Program-made: the position numbers and the translations under genes
In this document: positions 1 through 7,820 of the stretch, piece after piece
How the letters are laid out: each line of letters begins with the position of its first letter
Numbering within the stretch: the first letter of the stretch is position 1
The notes under the pieces: generated by a model
What the model was told of the DNA's origin: nothing
Databases searched by the model: none
Seen by the model: only the letters and a program-made list of their open reading frames with translations
Assembly: GCA_029858565.1 (NCBI GenBank)
Contig: JAOUEV010000091.1
Span: forward strand, 1-10,036
Origin: Nitrospirota bacterium
GTDB taxonomy: Bacteria; Nitrospirota; UBA9217
DNA: 10,036 nucleotides
Direction of reading: 5' to 3'

Positions 1-2
1 TC

Positions 3-1406
3 GACCACATCCACCCCGGCGACCGGGACCGGATCCAGGAAGGCCTGCAAACGCTTTCCGAGAAGGGTCTTCACAGCCACGAATACCGGTTCCGGCACAA
101 GGACGGCACCTACCGGTGGATGCTCGACCGCGTCCGCGTGGTGCGCAACAAAGAGGGCAGGCCCGTCGAGTGCGTGGGTTCGTGGATGGACATCACCGAG
201 CGCAAAAAGGCGGAAGAGCTGCTCACCCGGTACCGGATACAGCTCGAGGAGATGGTGTCCGGCAGGACCCGGGAACTGCAGGACACCATCATGAAGCTCC
301 ATGAGGAGATCGACGAGCGGAAAAAGCTGACCGAGGAGCTCCACAGGAGCAAGCTGTTCCTGACCAACATCCTGAACAGCATCCAGGACGGCATCTGCGT
401 CCTGGATGCTCACCGCAAAATCATGCTCGTGAACAATGCCGTGGCGAAGTGGGTGCCCGAGGCCGCGCAGATCGGGTTCCGGACCCATACCTGCGCAGAC
501 CTGTTCCACAAGCTCGGGAAATGCGACGACTGCATCGCCGATTCCCTGCTCGAAACCGGCCGGATGCGGACCCTGGTGTTCCCCGGCGGTGATGAGAAGG
601 ATAAGAAGTGGTTCGAGGTCCATTCCTATCCCCTGAATACCGAGGACGGAAGGAACGTCGGGCGCGTCGATTACATCCGCGACGTGACCGCCGCGAAGAT
701 CCTGGAAGAGCGCATCACGCACTACCAGGAACAGCTCCGCGCCCTCAACTACGAAATGGCCGCGCTCGAGAACCGTCAGCAGCGTCGTATTGCCCAGGAG
801 CTGCACGACAGCATCCCTCAGACCCTTGCCTTCTGCAAAATGCGTCTGGAGTCCCTTGAGCAGGGGTGCGCCCCGCTTTCGTCCTGTGCAGACAGATCCA
901 CCGGCTTCAAGGAGATCTACGGTCTCCTGGACACCAGCATAGCGGAGGCGCGGAGCCTGATCTTCAAGCTCGCGCCCCCGGTGTTGTATGAGCTGGGGCT
1001 CGAACCCGCGGTCCAGCAGCTCCTGTACCAGTTCGGAAAGGTCCACCCCGTCGAATTCCACTTTGACGGCGCGGGACGCAGCGCGCCGATACAGGGTGAA
1101 GGCGCGGCGATCATGTACGGCATGGTCCGGGAATTGATCACCAACTGCATCAAGCACTCGGGTGCAAGCAGCATCGGCGTAACCGTCGGCAGGCGCGGCG
1201 GGGACCTGGTCCTCCAGGTCCGGGACAACGGGAAAGGTGTCGATCCGGCGTGCATCGGGCAGCGAATGCAGGCGGAGGGGGGCGGATTCGGCCTGTTCAG
1301 CATCCGTGAGCGCGTGCGCCACATGGAAGGCGTATTTGCCATTGAATGCAACGAAGGGGGCGGCGCGTGCGCAACCATCCGCATTCCCCTGAGGCAGCTG
1401 CAATAG
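3..1406 (+). CDS. PAS-domain sensor histidine kinase, HisKA_3 (NarX/UhpB/NreB-like) class; 5' end lies outside the window
   Basis: The frame is open from base 3 (DHIHPGDRDRIQ...EYRFRHKDGTYRWM, a PAS_3/PAC segment), so ATG120 is internal. It then encodes a coiled coil, a second PAS with C-x9-C-x2-C, H-box RIAQELHDSIPQTL, N-box ELITNCIKHS, G1 VRDNGKG and G2 GGFGLFSIRER. Stop TAG 1404-1406. Confidence 0.95.
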   Translation, partial: DHIHPGDRDRIQEGLQTLSEKGLHSHEYRFRHKDGTYRWMLDRVRVVRNKEGRPVECVGSWMDITERKKAEELLTRYRIQLEEMVSGRTRELQDTIMKLHEEIDERKKLTEELHRSKLFLTNILNSIQDGICVLDAHRKIMLVNNAVAKWVPEAAQIGFRTHTCADLFHKLGKCDDCIADSLLETGRMRTLVFPGGDEKDKKWFEVHSYPLNTEDGRNVGRVDYIRDVTAAKILEERITHYQEQLRALNYEMAALENRQQRRIAQELHDSIPQTLAFCKMRLESLEQGCAPLSSCADRSTGFKEIYGLLDTSIAEARSLIFKLAPPVLYELGLEPAVQQLLYQFGKVHPVEFHFDGAGRSAPIQGEGAAIMYGMVRELITNCIKHSGASSIGVTVGRRGGDLVLQVRDNGKGVDPACIGQRMQAEGGGFGLFSIRERVRHMEGVFAIECNEGGGACATIRIPLRQLQ

Positions 1407-1441
1407 ACGGAATATCCTGAGCCATAGCCACGGGAGGAACC

Positions 1442-2071
1442 ATGATCGACCTGATCATCGCAGACGACCACGCCATCTTTCGGCACGGGCTCAAAAACCT
1501 TCTTGCCCAGGAGCCCGACTTCCGGATCCTGGCGGAAGCGGACAATGGGCAGAAAGCGCTCCAGGACATTCGCGACCTGCGGCCCCACGTCGCGGTCCTC
1601 GACCTGTCCATGCCGTGCATGAACGGAATCGAAGTCGTCGCGGAAGTACGGCGCAACAAGCTGGCCACCCGCTGCATCCTGCTCACTGTGCATGACGACG
1701 CGGAAATCGCGGCAACGGCGATCCAGACAGGAACTGCCGGCTATCTCCTCAAGAATCATACGTTCCAGGAAATAAATCAGGCCATCAGAACCGTGGCCGG
1801 CGGCAGGAACTACCTCTCCCCGGAACTCATAACCCTTCTGGCGGATCAGACGCGCCTCGCTCAAGCGTCTCAACGCCTGACCCGTCGTGAGCAAGAGGTC
1901 CTGCGGCTCGTCGCGCAAGGCCTGTCGGCCAAGGAGATCGCCTCGAAGCTCGTTATCAGCGAGAGGACCGTTGATACCCACAAAACCCATATCATGAGCA
2001 AGCTGGACATCCACTCGACCCCCGCACTTATCAGCTATGCCCTCAGGAACAAGCTCGTGACCAGCGGCTAG
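1442..2071 (+). CDS. NarL/FixJ-family response regulator (REC + LuxR HTH)
   Basis: IADDH acidic pocket, VLDLSMP phosphoacceptor, YLLK, and LuxR HTH LTRREQEVLRLVAQGLSAKEIA...TVDTHKTHIMSKL. SD GGAGG lies just upstream; 35 nt after the kinase stop. Confidence 0.96.
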   Translation: MIDLIIADDHAIFRHGLKNLLAQEPDFRILAEADNGQKALQDIRDLRPHVAVLDLSMPCMNGIEVVAEVRRNKLATRCILLTVHDDAEIAATAIQTGTAGYLLKNHTFQEINQAIRTVAGGRNYLSPELITLLADQTRLAQASQRLTRREQEVLRLVAQGLSAKEIASKLVISERTVDTHKTHIMSKLDIHSTPALISYALRNKLVTSG

Positions 2072-2237
2072 CAACTCTTCGCGCTTGGGATCCTTCTGCC
2101 ATCACGCTCCGCGCCGCGTCGGAAATGACACAGCACGTTGCCGCGCTTTACGCTGAATTGCGCTTTTCTGCAGATAATTCCTCCGGCCTGCGTCAAAGCG
2201 ATGTTCGCATCACATCTTCCCACTGTTCTGTGTACAA

Positions 2238-2280
2238 CTACGTAATTTACCTGACCGAAACCTACGGTATTGCAACGATG
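2238..2280 (+). promoter_or_regulatory. Possible regulator-binding repeats upstream of the two-CW operon
   Basis: Locally AT-richer intergenic region with two CTACG-initiated units 24 nt apart (CTACGTAATTTACCTGA and CTACGGTATTGCAACGA). Only weak pattern evidence. Confidence 0.25.
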
Positions 2281-2360
2281 CAGCCGGCATGCATCTTTGC
2301 TATGTTCACTTGAGACCGGAACAGCATGACACCATGCTGTCAGTCATCAGGAGATTTATC

Positions 2361-2711
2361 ATGAGAAAGATGAATTGCTGGGAATTTCACAAGTGCGGAC
2401 GGGAATTGGGGGGGCATAACCGCGCGCAGGGCGTGTGCCCCACCGCGGTTCAGACAGCCTTGAACGGCGTGCATGGAGGCCTCCATGGCGGTCGGTCATG
2501 CTGGATCGTTTCGGGAACCTTGTGCGACGGAGAGCAGCAGGGTTCCTTTGGCGACAAGTTTCAGCGATGCGGACAGTGCAAGTTCTACCGGTTGGTGATG
2601 CAAGAGGAGGGCGCCCAATTCAACCTGTCGGCGGTCCTGCTGGGAAAACTCAAGGCCGGGCTGAAAAGAAGGACCGCTGATGCACGGGGCCCGGAGAACG
2701 GCGCCCTATGA
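2361..2711 (+). CDS. Standalone Cys-rich two-CW domain protein (116 aa), function unknown
   Basis: SD AGGAG at 2349-2353 precedes ATG2361, which is preferred over ORF start 2289. Pattern NCWEFHKC...VCP...GGRSCWIVSGTLC...CGQCKFY has 7 Cys and two CW motifs, matching the two-CW family as I recall it. The stop overlaps the next start (ATGA, 2708-2711). Confidence 0.85.
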   Translation: MRKMNCWEFHKCGRELGGHNRAQGVCPTAVQTALNGVHGGLHGGRSCWIVSGTLCDGEQQGSFGDKFQRCGQCKFYRLVMQEEGAQFNLSAVLLGKLKAGLKRRTADARGPENGAL

Positions 2712-4783
2712 CGGAGCACACCGGCTCCTCGGCCGTGCAGCTGCGTTCGGCAGAACAGTATGCGCCGCACTCTGCCTCCGCGGACCCGCCGCAATTTCGC
2801 GGCCCATGGCCGGGCGCGGGGGCCGGGACCGATCCCGCGGTACTGCTCTCGACCCTCACGACCGTGCTGGACAACCTGGACGCGGCCGTGTACGCGTCGG
2901 ACATGGAAACCCACGAGCTCCTGTACGTGAATCCCTATGTGCGAAAGGCAGTCGGATCGGGCATCAAGCCGGGAGCACGGTGCTGGCAGGTGCTCCAGAG
3001 CGGGCTGACCGGACCCTGCTCCTTTTGCACGAACAGCCGCCTGATCAACGCCAACGGGAAACCCGCGGGCGTTCACACCTGGGAATTCCAGAACACCGTC
3101 AACAGCCGCTGGTACTTCATCAGCGATCAGGCCATCCCCTGGATCGACGGAAGATTGGTGCGGCTGGAGATCGCGACGGACATCACGGCGCGGAAGCTCG
3201 CGGAGCAGGATGATGCCGTCACGCGCGACCTCCTGGAGCAAGGCATTCAAGAGCGGACTCGCGACCTGAAAGAGGAGATCGCGGAGAGAAAAAAAACGGA
3301 GGAGACGCTCCGCCGGAGCGAGGAAAACTACCGGACGCTCGTAGACACCATGCATGAGACCATGACGGTGCTCGCGGCCGACGGGACCGTTCTGTTCGCC
3401 AATGCGCGGACCGCGCTCAATTTCTGCAACGGCACGCCTGGTGACGTGATCAACAGGAACATCACGGAGTTCATTCCCCCGGAATCTGCGAAAAACCATA
3501 TACGGGACTACAACGCGGTTCTCAGGGAGAGCCGCCCGTTGACGCGGGAAGTGCAGACAGTACTGCAGGGGCGGCGGCGCTGGTTTCTCAATACGCTGAC
3601 GCCGGTCCGTTTCGGGGAATCGGGACAACCTGCGGTCCTTTCGATGTCCGTGGATATCACGGACCGCGTAGCCGCGGAGAAGTCGCTTCGGGAAAGCTGG
3701 CTAAGGTTCCGGCAGCTCGCCGAGAACGTCAACGAGGTCTTCTGGGTCCGGGACGCGGTCACGCGGGAAATCCTCTATATCAACCCGGCCTACGAAGCGA
3801 TCTGGGGCAGAACATGCCAGAGCATGTACGAACATCCCGAGTCGTTCTCCAATAGCGTGCATCCCGATGACGCAAAGCGCGTCGCTGCAGCGGTGCGGAA
3901 GCAGCAGGACGGATGCCCGTTTAATGAGGAGTACCGCATCATCCGGCCGGATAACACAGTACGCTGGATCTGGGCGCGCACCTTTCCGGTGCGCGATGAG
4001 TCCGGCGCCACGGTCCGCTACGCCGGAATTGCCGAGGACATCACCGAACGTCATTCGGCGAAGGAAAAGCTGCGGGACTATGCAAGCCGGCTCAAATCGC
4101 TCTCCCGCCGCCTCGTCGAGGCGCAGGAGACGGAGCGGCGCCGGATCGCGCAGGAGTTGCATGACGAGATCGGCCAGTCCCTGACCATGCTGAAGTTCGG
4201 CATCGCGAAACTCGACGATCTTGTTCCGGAAAAGGACCGGAGCGAGGTGGAGGGGCTGCGCGCCCTGGCAGGGGATCTCATGGAAAAAGTGCGCGCACTG
4301 TCGCTCAACCTGCGGCCGTCGATGCTGGACGACCTCGGCTTGCTGCCCGCGCTTCTGTGGCAGACCGAAACATTCTCGCAGAAGACCGGCGTGCAGGTGA
4401 AATTCCAGCATTCAGGGCTTGACCGGAGGTTCCCCCAGGACGTGGAGACAACGGCGTACCGCATTGCGCAGGAAGCGCTGACCAATGTCGCCCGCCACTC
4501 AGGCGCGCGCGAGGCGGCATTGACCGTCCTTGTGCGCGACAACGAGCTTCTGCTCAGGATCAAGGACGGTGGCCGCGGTTTCGATCCTGCGGCGCTCCCG
4601 GCCGGCGGAGTCGGGGCCGGCCTTTCTGGGATCCGCGAGCGGCTGGAGATGGTGGGGGGGCGCTTGACGATCGATACGGCCCCGGAAAACGGCGCGTTGC
4701 TCACAGCAGCGATCCCCCTCGGGAAACAGCTCATGCTAAAGGCGGAACACCATGAACACTCTATCTCTCGTGCTGGCCGATGA
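2708..4783 (+). CDS. Cytoplasmic triple-PAS sensor histidine kinase, HisKA_3 class
   Basis: Three PAS/PAC repeats ending in DITARK, DITDRV and DITERH; no TM segment. H-box RRIAQELHDEIGQSLT, LRPSMLDDLGL, N-box QEALTNVARHS, G1 IKDGGRGF, G2 GAGLSGIRER. Confidence 0.96.
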   Translation: MTEHTGSSAVQLRSAEQYAPHSASADPPQFRGPWPGAGAGTDPAVLLSTLTTVLDNLDAAVYASDMETHELLYVNPYVRKAVGSGIKPGARCWQVLQSGLTGPCSFCTNSRLINANGKPAGVHTWEFQNTVNSRWYFISDQAIPWIDGRLVRLEIATDITARKLAEQDDAVTRDLLEQGIQERTRDLKEEIAERKKTEETLRRSEENYRTLVDTMHETMTVLAADGTVLFANARTALNFCNGTPGDVINRNITEFIPPESAKNHIRDYNAVLRESRPLTREVQTVLQGRRRWFLNTLTPVRFGESGQPAVLSMSVDITDRVAAEKSLRESWLRFRQLAENVNEVFWVRDAVTREILYINPAYEAIWGRTCQSMYEHPESFSNSVHPDDAKRVAAAVRKQQDGCPFNEEYRIIRPDNTVRWIWARTFPVRDESGATVRYAGIAEDITERHSAKEKLRDYASRLKSLSRRLVEAQETERRRIAQELHDEIGQSLTMLKFGIAKLDDLVPEKDRSEVEGLRALAGDLMEKVRALSLNLRPSMLDDLGLLPALLWQTETFSQKTGVQVKFQHSGLDRRFPQDVETTAYRIAQEALTNVARHSGAREAALTVLVRDNELLLRIKDGGRGFDPAALPAGGVGAGLSGIRERLEMVGGRLTIDTAPENGALLTAAIPLGKQLMLKAEHHEHSISRAGR

Positions 4784-5405
4784 CCATTACGTTGTCAGGC
4801 AGGGACTTCGGTCGCTGCTTGAAAAGGACCCCTTCTGCGAAGTTATCGGCGAGGCTGGTGACGGCGTGGAAACCCTCAGAAAAGTAACGGCGCTCAGGCC
4901 GGAAATGCTGATTCTCGACCTTATGATGCCGCTCATGAACGGCATCGAGGTGCTGAAGAGGATCAAACGCGCTTCGCTCCCGACGCAGGTGGTCGTTCTC
5001 TCCATGTACAATACCGCGGCATACGCCGCGGAAGCTTTGAAACAGGGCGCGCTGGGCTACGTTCTGAAGGACGCGCTCGGGCCTGATCTGCTGAATGCCC
5101 TGCGGGAGGTCCGTGCAGGCCGCCGGTACCTCAGTCCGCCCCTCTCGGAAAGCACTGTCGAATTTTATCTCGAAAAGACCGCATCAACAGGCATCGACCC
5201 CGGCGAGACCCTGACCGCCCGGGAGCGGGAGATTCTGCGCCTCGTGGGCGAAGGGCTGAAAAGCAAGGAGATCGCCGCGCGGCTTTTGATCAGCCTCCGC
5301 ACCGTGGAAACCCACCGGTCCAATATCATGCGAAAGCTCGCCATCACCAGCCAGGCCGGCCTGGTACGCTGTGCCCTGGAGCGCGACCTCTCCCCGCTGA
5401 CCTGA
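4752..5405 (+). CDS. NarL/FixJ-family response regulator (REC + LuxR HTH)
   Basis: LADDH, ILDLMMP, YVLK, and LTAREREILRLVGEGLKSKEIA...TVETHRSNIMRKL. Overlaps the kinase 3' end by 32 nt. Confidence 0.96.
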   Translation: MNTLSLVLADDHYVVRQGLRSLLEKDPFCEVIGEAGDGVETLRKVTALRPEMLILDLMMPLMNGIEVLKRIKRASLPTQVVVLSMYNTAAYAAEALKQGALGYVLKDALGPDLLNALREVRAGRRYLSPPLSESTVEFYLEKTASTGIDPGETLTAREREILRLVGEGLKSKEIAARLLISLRTVETHRSNIMRKLAITSQAGLVRCALERDLSPLT

Positions 5406-5459
5406 TTCCCGCCTCCAGCATCGTACGCGTAATGTCGTGAGCGATCCGGAGGGATCACA

Positions 5460-6896
5460 AAGAGCATCTTCCTGGAGAAGGACCTGGGGGAGCTGCTGAC
5501 GCTGGAAAATAAAATGAGCGCGGATTCCTACCAGCACTCGATGAAGGTCTATTCCCGGGTCATTGTGATCATGCTGGCGGTATTTGCCGTAGCGATCGCC
5601 GTGAGCATACTGTCAAGCCTGGCCATTTCCCGGAGCATCATCAGGTTCCTTGGCGGCGAACCTGCCGTCATTGCCAGGATCGCGAACGAGGTCTCGAAAG
5701 GCGACCTTTCTGTTGCCGTGAACGTGCGGAACGGCGACACCGCCAGCGTCATGGCGGCCATGAAAAAAATGGTGGAAAACCTGCGCGGCGTGGGAACGAC
5801 CGCGGAACAGATCGCCGGCGGGGACCTGACCGTCACTGCAACCCTTCTTTCCGACAAGGACACGCTCGGGAAATCGCTCAAGACCATGATCGAGAAGCTG
5901 CGCACCGTGGTTTCGGACGTGAAGAACGCGGCGGACAACGTGGCGAGCGGCTCCCAGCAGCTGTCCTCGGGCGCCGAGCAGATGTCCCAGGGGACCACGG
6001 AACAGGCGTCGTCCACCGAGGAAGCATCGTCGTCGGTGGAGGAGATGAATGCCACGATCCGCCAGAACGCGGACAATGCTGCCCAGACCGAGAAAATCGC
6101 GAGGAAAGCCGCGAACGACGCGCAGGAGAGCGGCAAGTCAGTGACCGAAACCGTGTCCGCGATGAAGCAGATCGCCGAAAAGATCGGGATCATCGAGGAG
6201 ATCGCGCGCCAGACGAACCTTTTGGCCCTGAACGCGGCCATCGAGGCGGCCCGGGCCGGAGAACACGGCAAGGGCTTTGCCGTGGTTGCGTCGGAAGTGC
6301 GGAAGCTGGCTGAGCGGAGCCAGTCGGCGGCAGCGGAGATCACCCAACTCTCGGGATCGAGCGTGGAGGTTGCGCAGCGGGCAGGCGATATGCTGGCCAA
6401 GCTGGTGCCGGACATCCAAAAGACCGCGGAGCTGGTGCAGGAGATCAACGCCGCGTCCAAGGAGCAGGCCGGCGGCGCTGACCAGATCAACGGCGCGATC
6501 CAGCAGCTGAATACGGTGGTGCAGCAGAACGCGGGCGCGGCCGAGGAAATGTCGTCGACCGCCGAGGAGTTGAGCTCTCAGGCCGAGCAGTTGCAAGAGA
6601 CCATCGCCTTCTTCAAGATCGACGGCGCGGACCGCGAGGCTGTGCGGAAGATCGCGGGCAAGAAGGAAAAAGCCGCCAAGGCGACGCATCAGGTCCATGT
6701 GGCGCACCTGGCCCAGGCCGCGGCAAAGGCCAAGCAGCCGCTCCAGCCGGCGGGCGTTGCTCTCAACCTCGGCCACAACGGCCATGGCAAGGGCGATGGC
6801 AAAGATGAGGAGTTTGAGAAATTCTATCGTGACAGGAGCCAGAGGCTCTCGCAAAAAACGCGGCCTTGCGGAACTGCACGGGGCGTGCTGTTGTGA
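5460..6896 (+). CDS. mcp: Methyl-accepting chemotaxis protein (probably 34H class), N-terminally truncated (no TM1 and most of the sensor domain missing); possible pseudogene
   Basis: A single TM ([23 protein letters not shown]), then GGEP-HAMP, a second HAMP, and an intact hairpin tip [37 protein letters not shown]. The first ATG is at 5514. The frame is open back to the TAA at 5430, and an in-frame AAG at 5460 sits 7 nt after SD GGAGG. The EFEKF pentapeptide is followed by a 23-aa extension. Confidence 0.9.
   Translation, partial: KSIFLEKDLGELLTLENKMSADSYQHSMKVYSRVIVIMLAVFAVAIAVSILSSLAISRSIIRFLGGEPAVIARIANEVSKGDLSVAVNVRNGDTASVMAAMKKMVENLRGVGTTAEQIAGGDLTVTATLLSDKDTLGKSLKTMIEKLRTVVSDVKNAADNVASGSQQLSSGAEQMSQGTTEQASSTEEASSSVEEMNATIRQNADNAAQTEKIARKAANDAQESGKSVTETVSAMKQIAEKIGIIEEIARQTNLLALNAAIEAARAGEHGKGFAVVASEVRKLAERSQSAAAEITQLSGSSVEVAQRAGDMLAKLVPDIQKTAELVQEINAASKEQAGGADQINGAIQQLNTVVQQNAGAAEEMSSTAEELSSQAEQLQETIAFFKIDGADREAVRKIAGKKEKAAKATHQVHVAHLAQAAAKAKQPLQPAGVALNLGHNGHGKGDGKDEEFEKFYRDRSQRLSQKTRPCGTARGVLL
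6309..6827 (+). repeat. Paralogous direct repeat, copy 1 (copy 2 is 7989-8507, offset 1680 nt)
   Basis: By manual comparison, the MCP C-terminal halves differ at 9 of 172 aa, with many additional synonymous changes. Confidence 0.9.
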
Positions 6897-6939
6897 ATGC
6901 ACGATGACGTCTTAAACGAGAGAGATGGAGGAATAGATC

Positions 6940-7719
6940 ATGATCAAAAGAGCGCTGGTAGTCGTTCTGCTGGGGGCGCTGACGGGGTATGCCTATCTGC
7001 CCGCCCATGCCGCCCATCCCCTGATCACCGACGATACGGGCACCCAAGGGAAGGGCAAGTTTCAGTTTGAGCTCAATGCAGCCTACGGCATGGACAGGGA
7101 ATCCGCGGCTGGCATAACCGTGGAGAGCAGAGAGCTGGAATTCGAAGCAGTGCTCGCCTTCGGCATCGCGGACCCGGTGGACGTCTTTGTTGCAGCGCCA
7201 TACGCACGCGTCCGCGAGACGGCCGGCGGCGTCACGTCGAAGGAGAACGGACCGCTCGACGCGGCCGTGGGCCTGAAATGGCGCTTCTACGAAAATGCGG
7301 CCGGATTGAGCCTGGGCGTGAAACCGGCGGTCATCCTGCCAACAGGCGACGAGGAGAAAGGACTCGGCGCCGGGAAGACAGGCTATGAGCTCTTTTTCGT
7401 CGCCACGCAGGAGGCTGAGCCCTGGGCGTTCCATCTGAACCTGGGCTACCTGCGGAACAACAATGATTTCGACGAGCGAAAGGACCTGTACCACGCGTCG
7501 CTCGCAACGGAGCATAAGATCGGGAGCATTCGCCTGGCGGGAAACGTGGGCATTGAGCGGAATTCCGATAAAACAGCGGACGACGATCCTGCATTCGGCA
7601 TCGTGGGGATCATCTATGGCATTCGGGAGAACCTGGATATCGACGCCGGATACAAGATCGGGCTTACGAAGTCCGAGACGGACGGAACGCTGCTGGCGGG
7701 GCTGGCGTATCGGTTCTGA
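6940..7719 (+). CDS. Putative outer-membrane beta-barrel 'transporter' (Phenol_MetA_deg/SphA-like family)
   Basis: Signal peptide MIKRALVVVLLGALTGYAYLPAHA, N-terminal AHPLITDDTGTQGKG motif, amphipathic strands (GLKWRF, VILPTGD, HLNLGY) and a C-terminal BAM signal LAYRF. SD GGAGG upstream. Confidence 0.8.
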   Translation: MIKRALVVVLLGALTGYAYLPAHAAHPLITDDTGTQGKGKFQFELNAAYGMDRESAAGITVESRELEFEAVLAFGIADPVDVFVAAPYARVRETAGGVTSKENGPLDAAVGLKWRFYENAAGLSLGVKPAVILPTGDEEKGLGAGKTGYELFFVATQEAEPWAFHLNLGYLRNNNDFDERKDLYHASLATEHKIGSIRLAGNVGIERNSDKTADDDPAFGIVGIIYGIRENLDIDAGYKIGLTKSETDGTLLAGLAYRF

Positions 7720-7820
7720 TCCGGGCTGGGTGCGGACGGCTGTCCGGGGATGAAGGCGGATAAAAACAGCGCCTTCGGTTACGGCGCCGAAGCGTCGAAC
7801 GTCACGGTAAAGGAGGAAAG

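Noticed and set aside
917-2074. 385-aa minus-strand ORF
   Set aside because: Antisense shadow of the kinase and regulator genes in GC-rich DNA, with no recognisable motifs.
2125-2313. 62-aa ORF in the intergenic region
   Set aside because: No SD and no motif; more likely promoter DNA.
2289-2360. Upstream extension of the two-CW ORF
   Set aside because: A better SD precedes ATG2361 and the domain starts there.
2585-4734. Several long minus-strand or alternate-frame ORFs (347, 236, 218 and 177 aa)
   Set aside because: They overlap the well-supported kinase gene and are shadow ORFs.
6830-6935. Small hairpins (GAGCC/GGCTC, CGTGC/GCACG) upstream of the barrel gene as a possible riboswitch
   Set aside because: The stems are short and I could not recognise cobalamin, c-di-GMP or fluoride riboswitch consensus elements.
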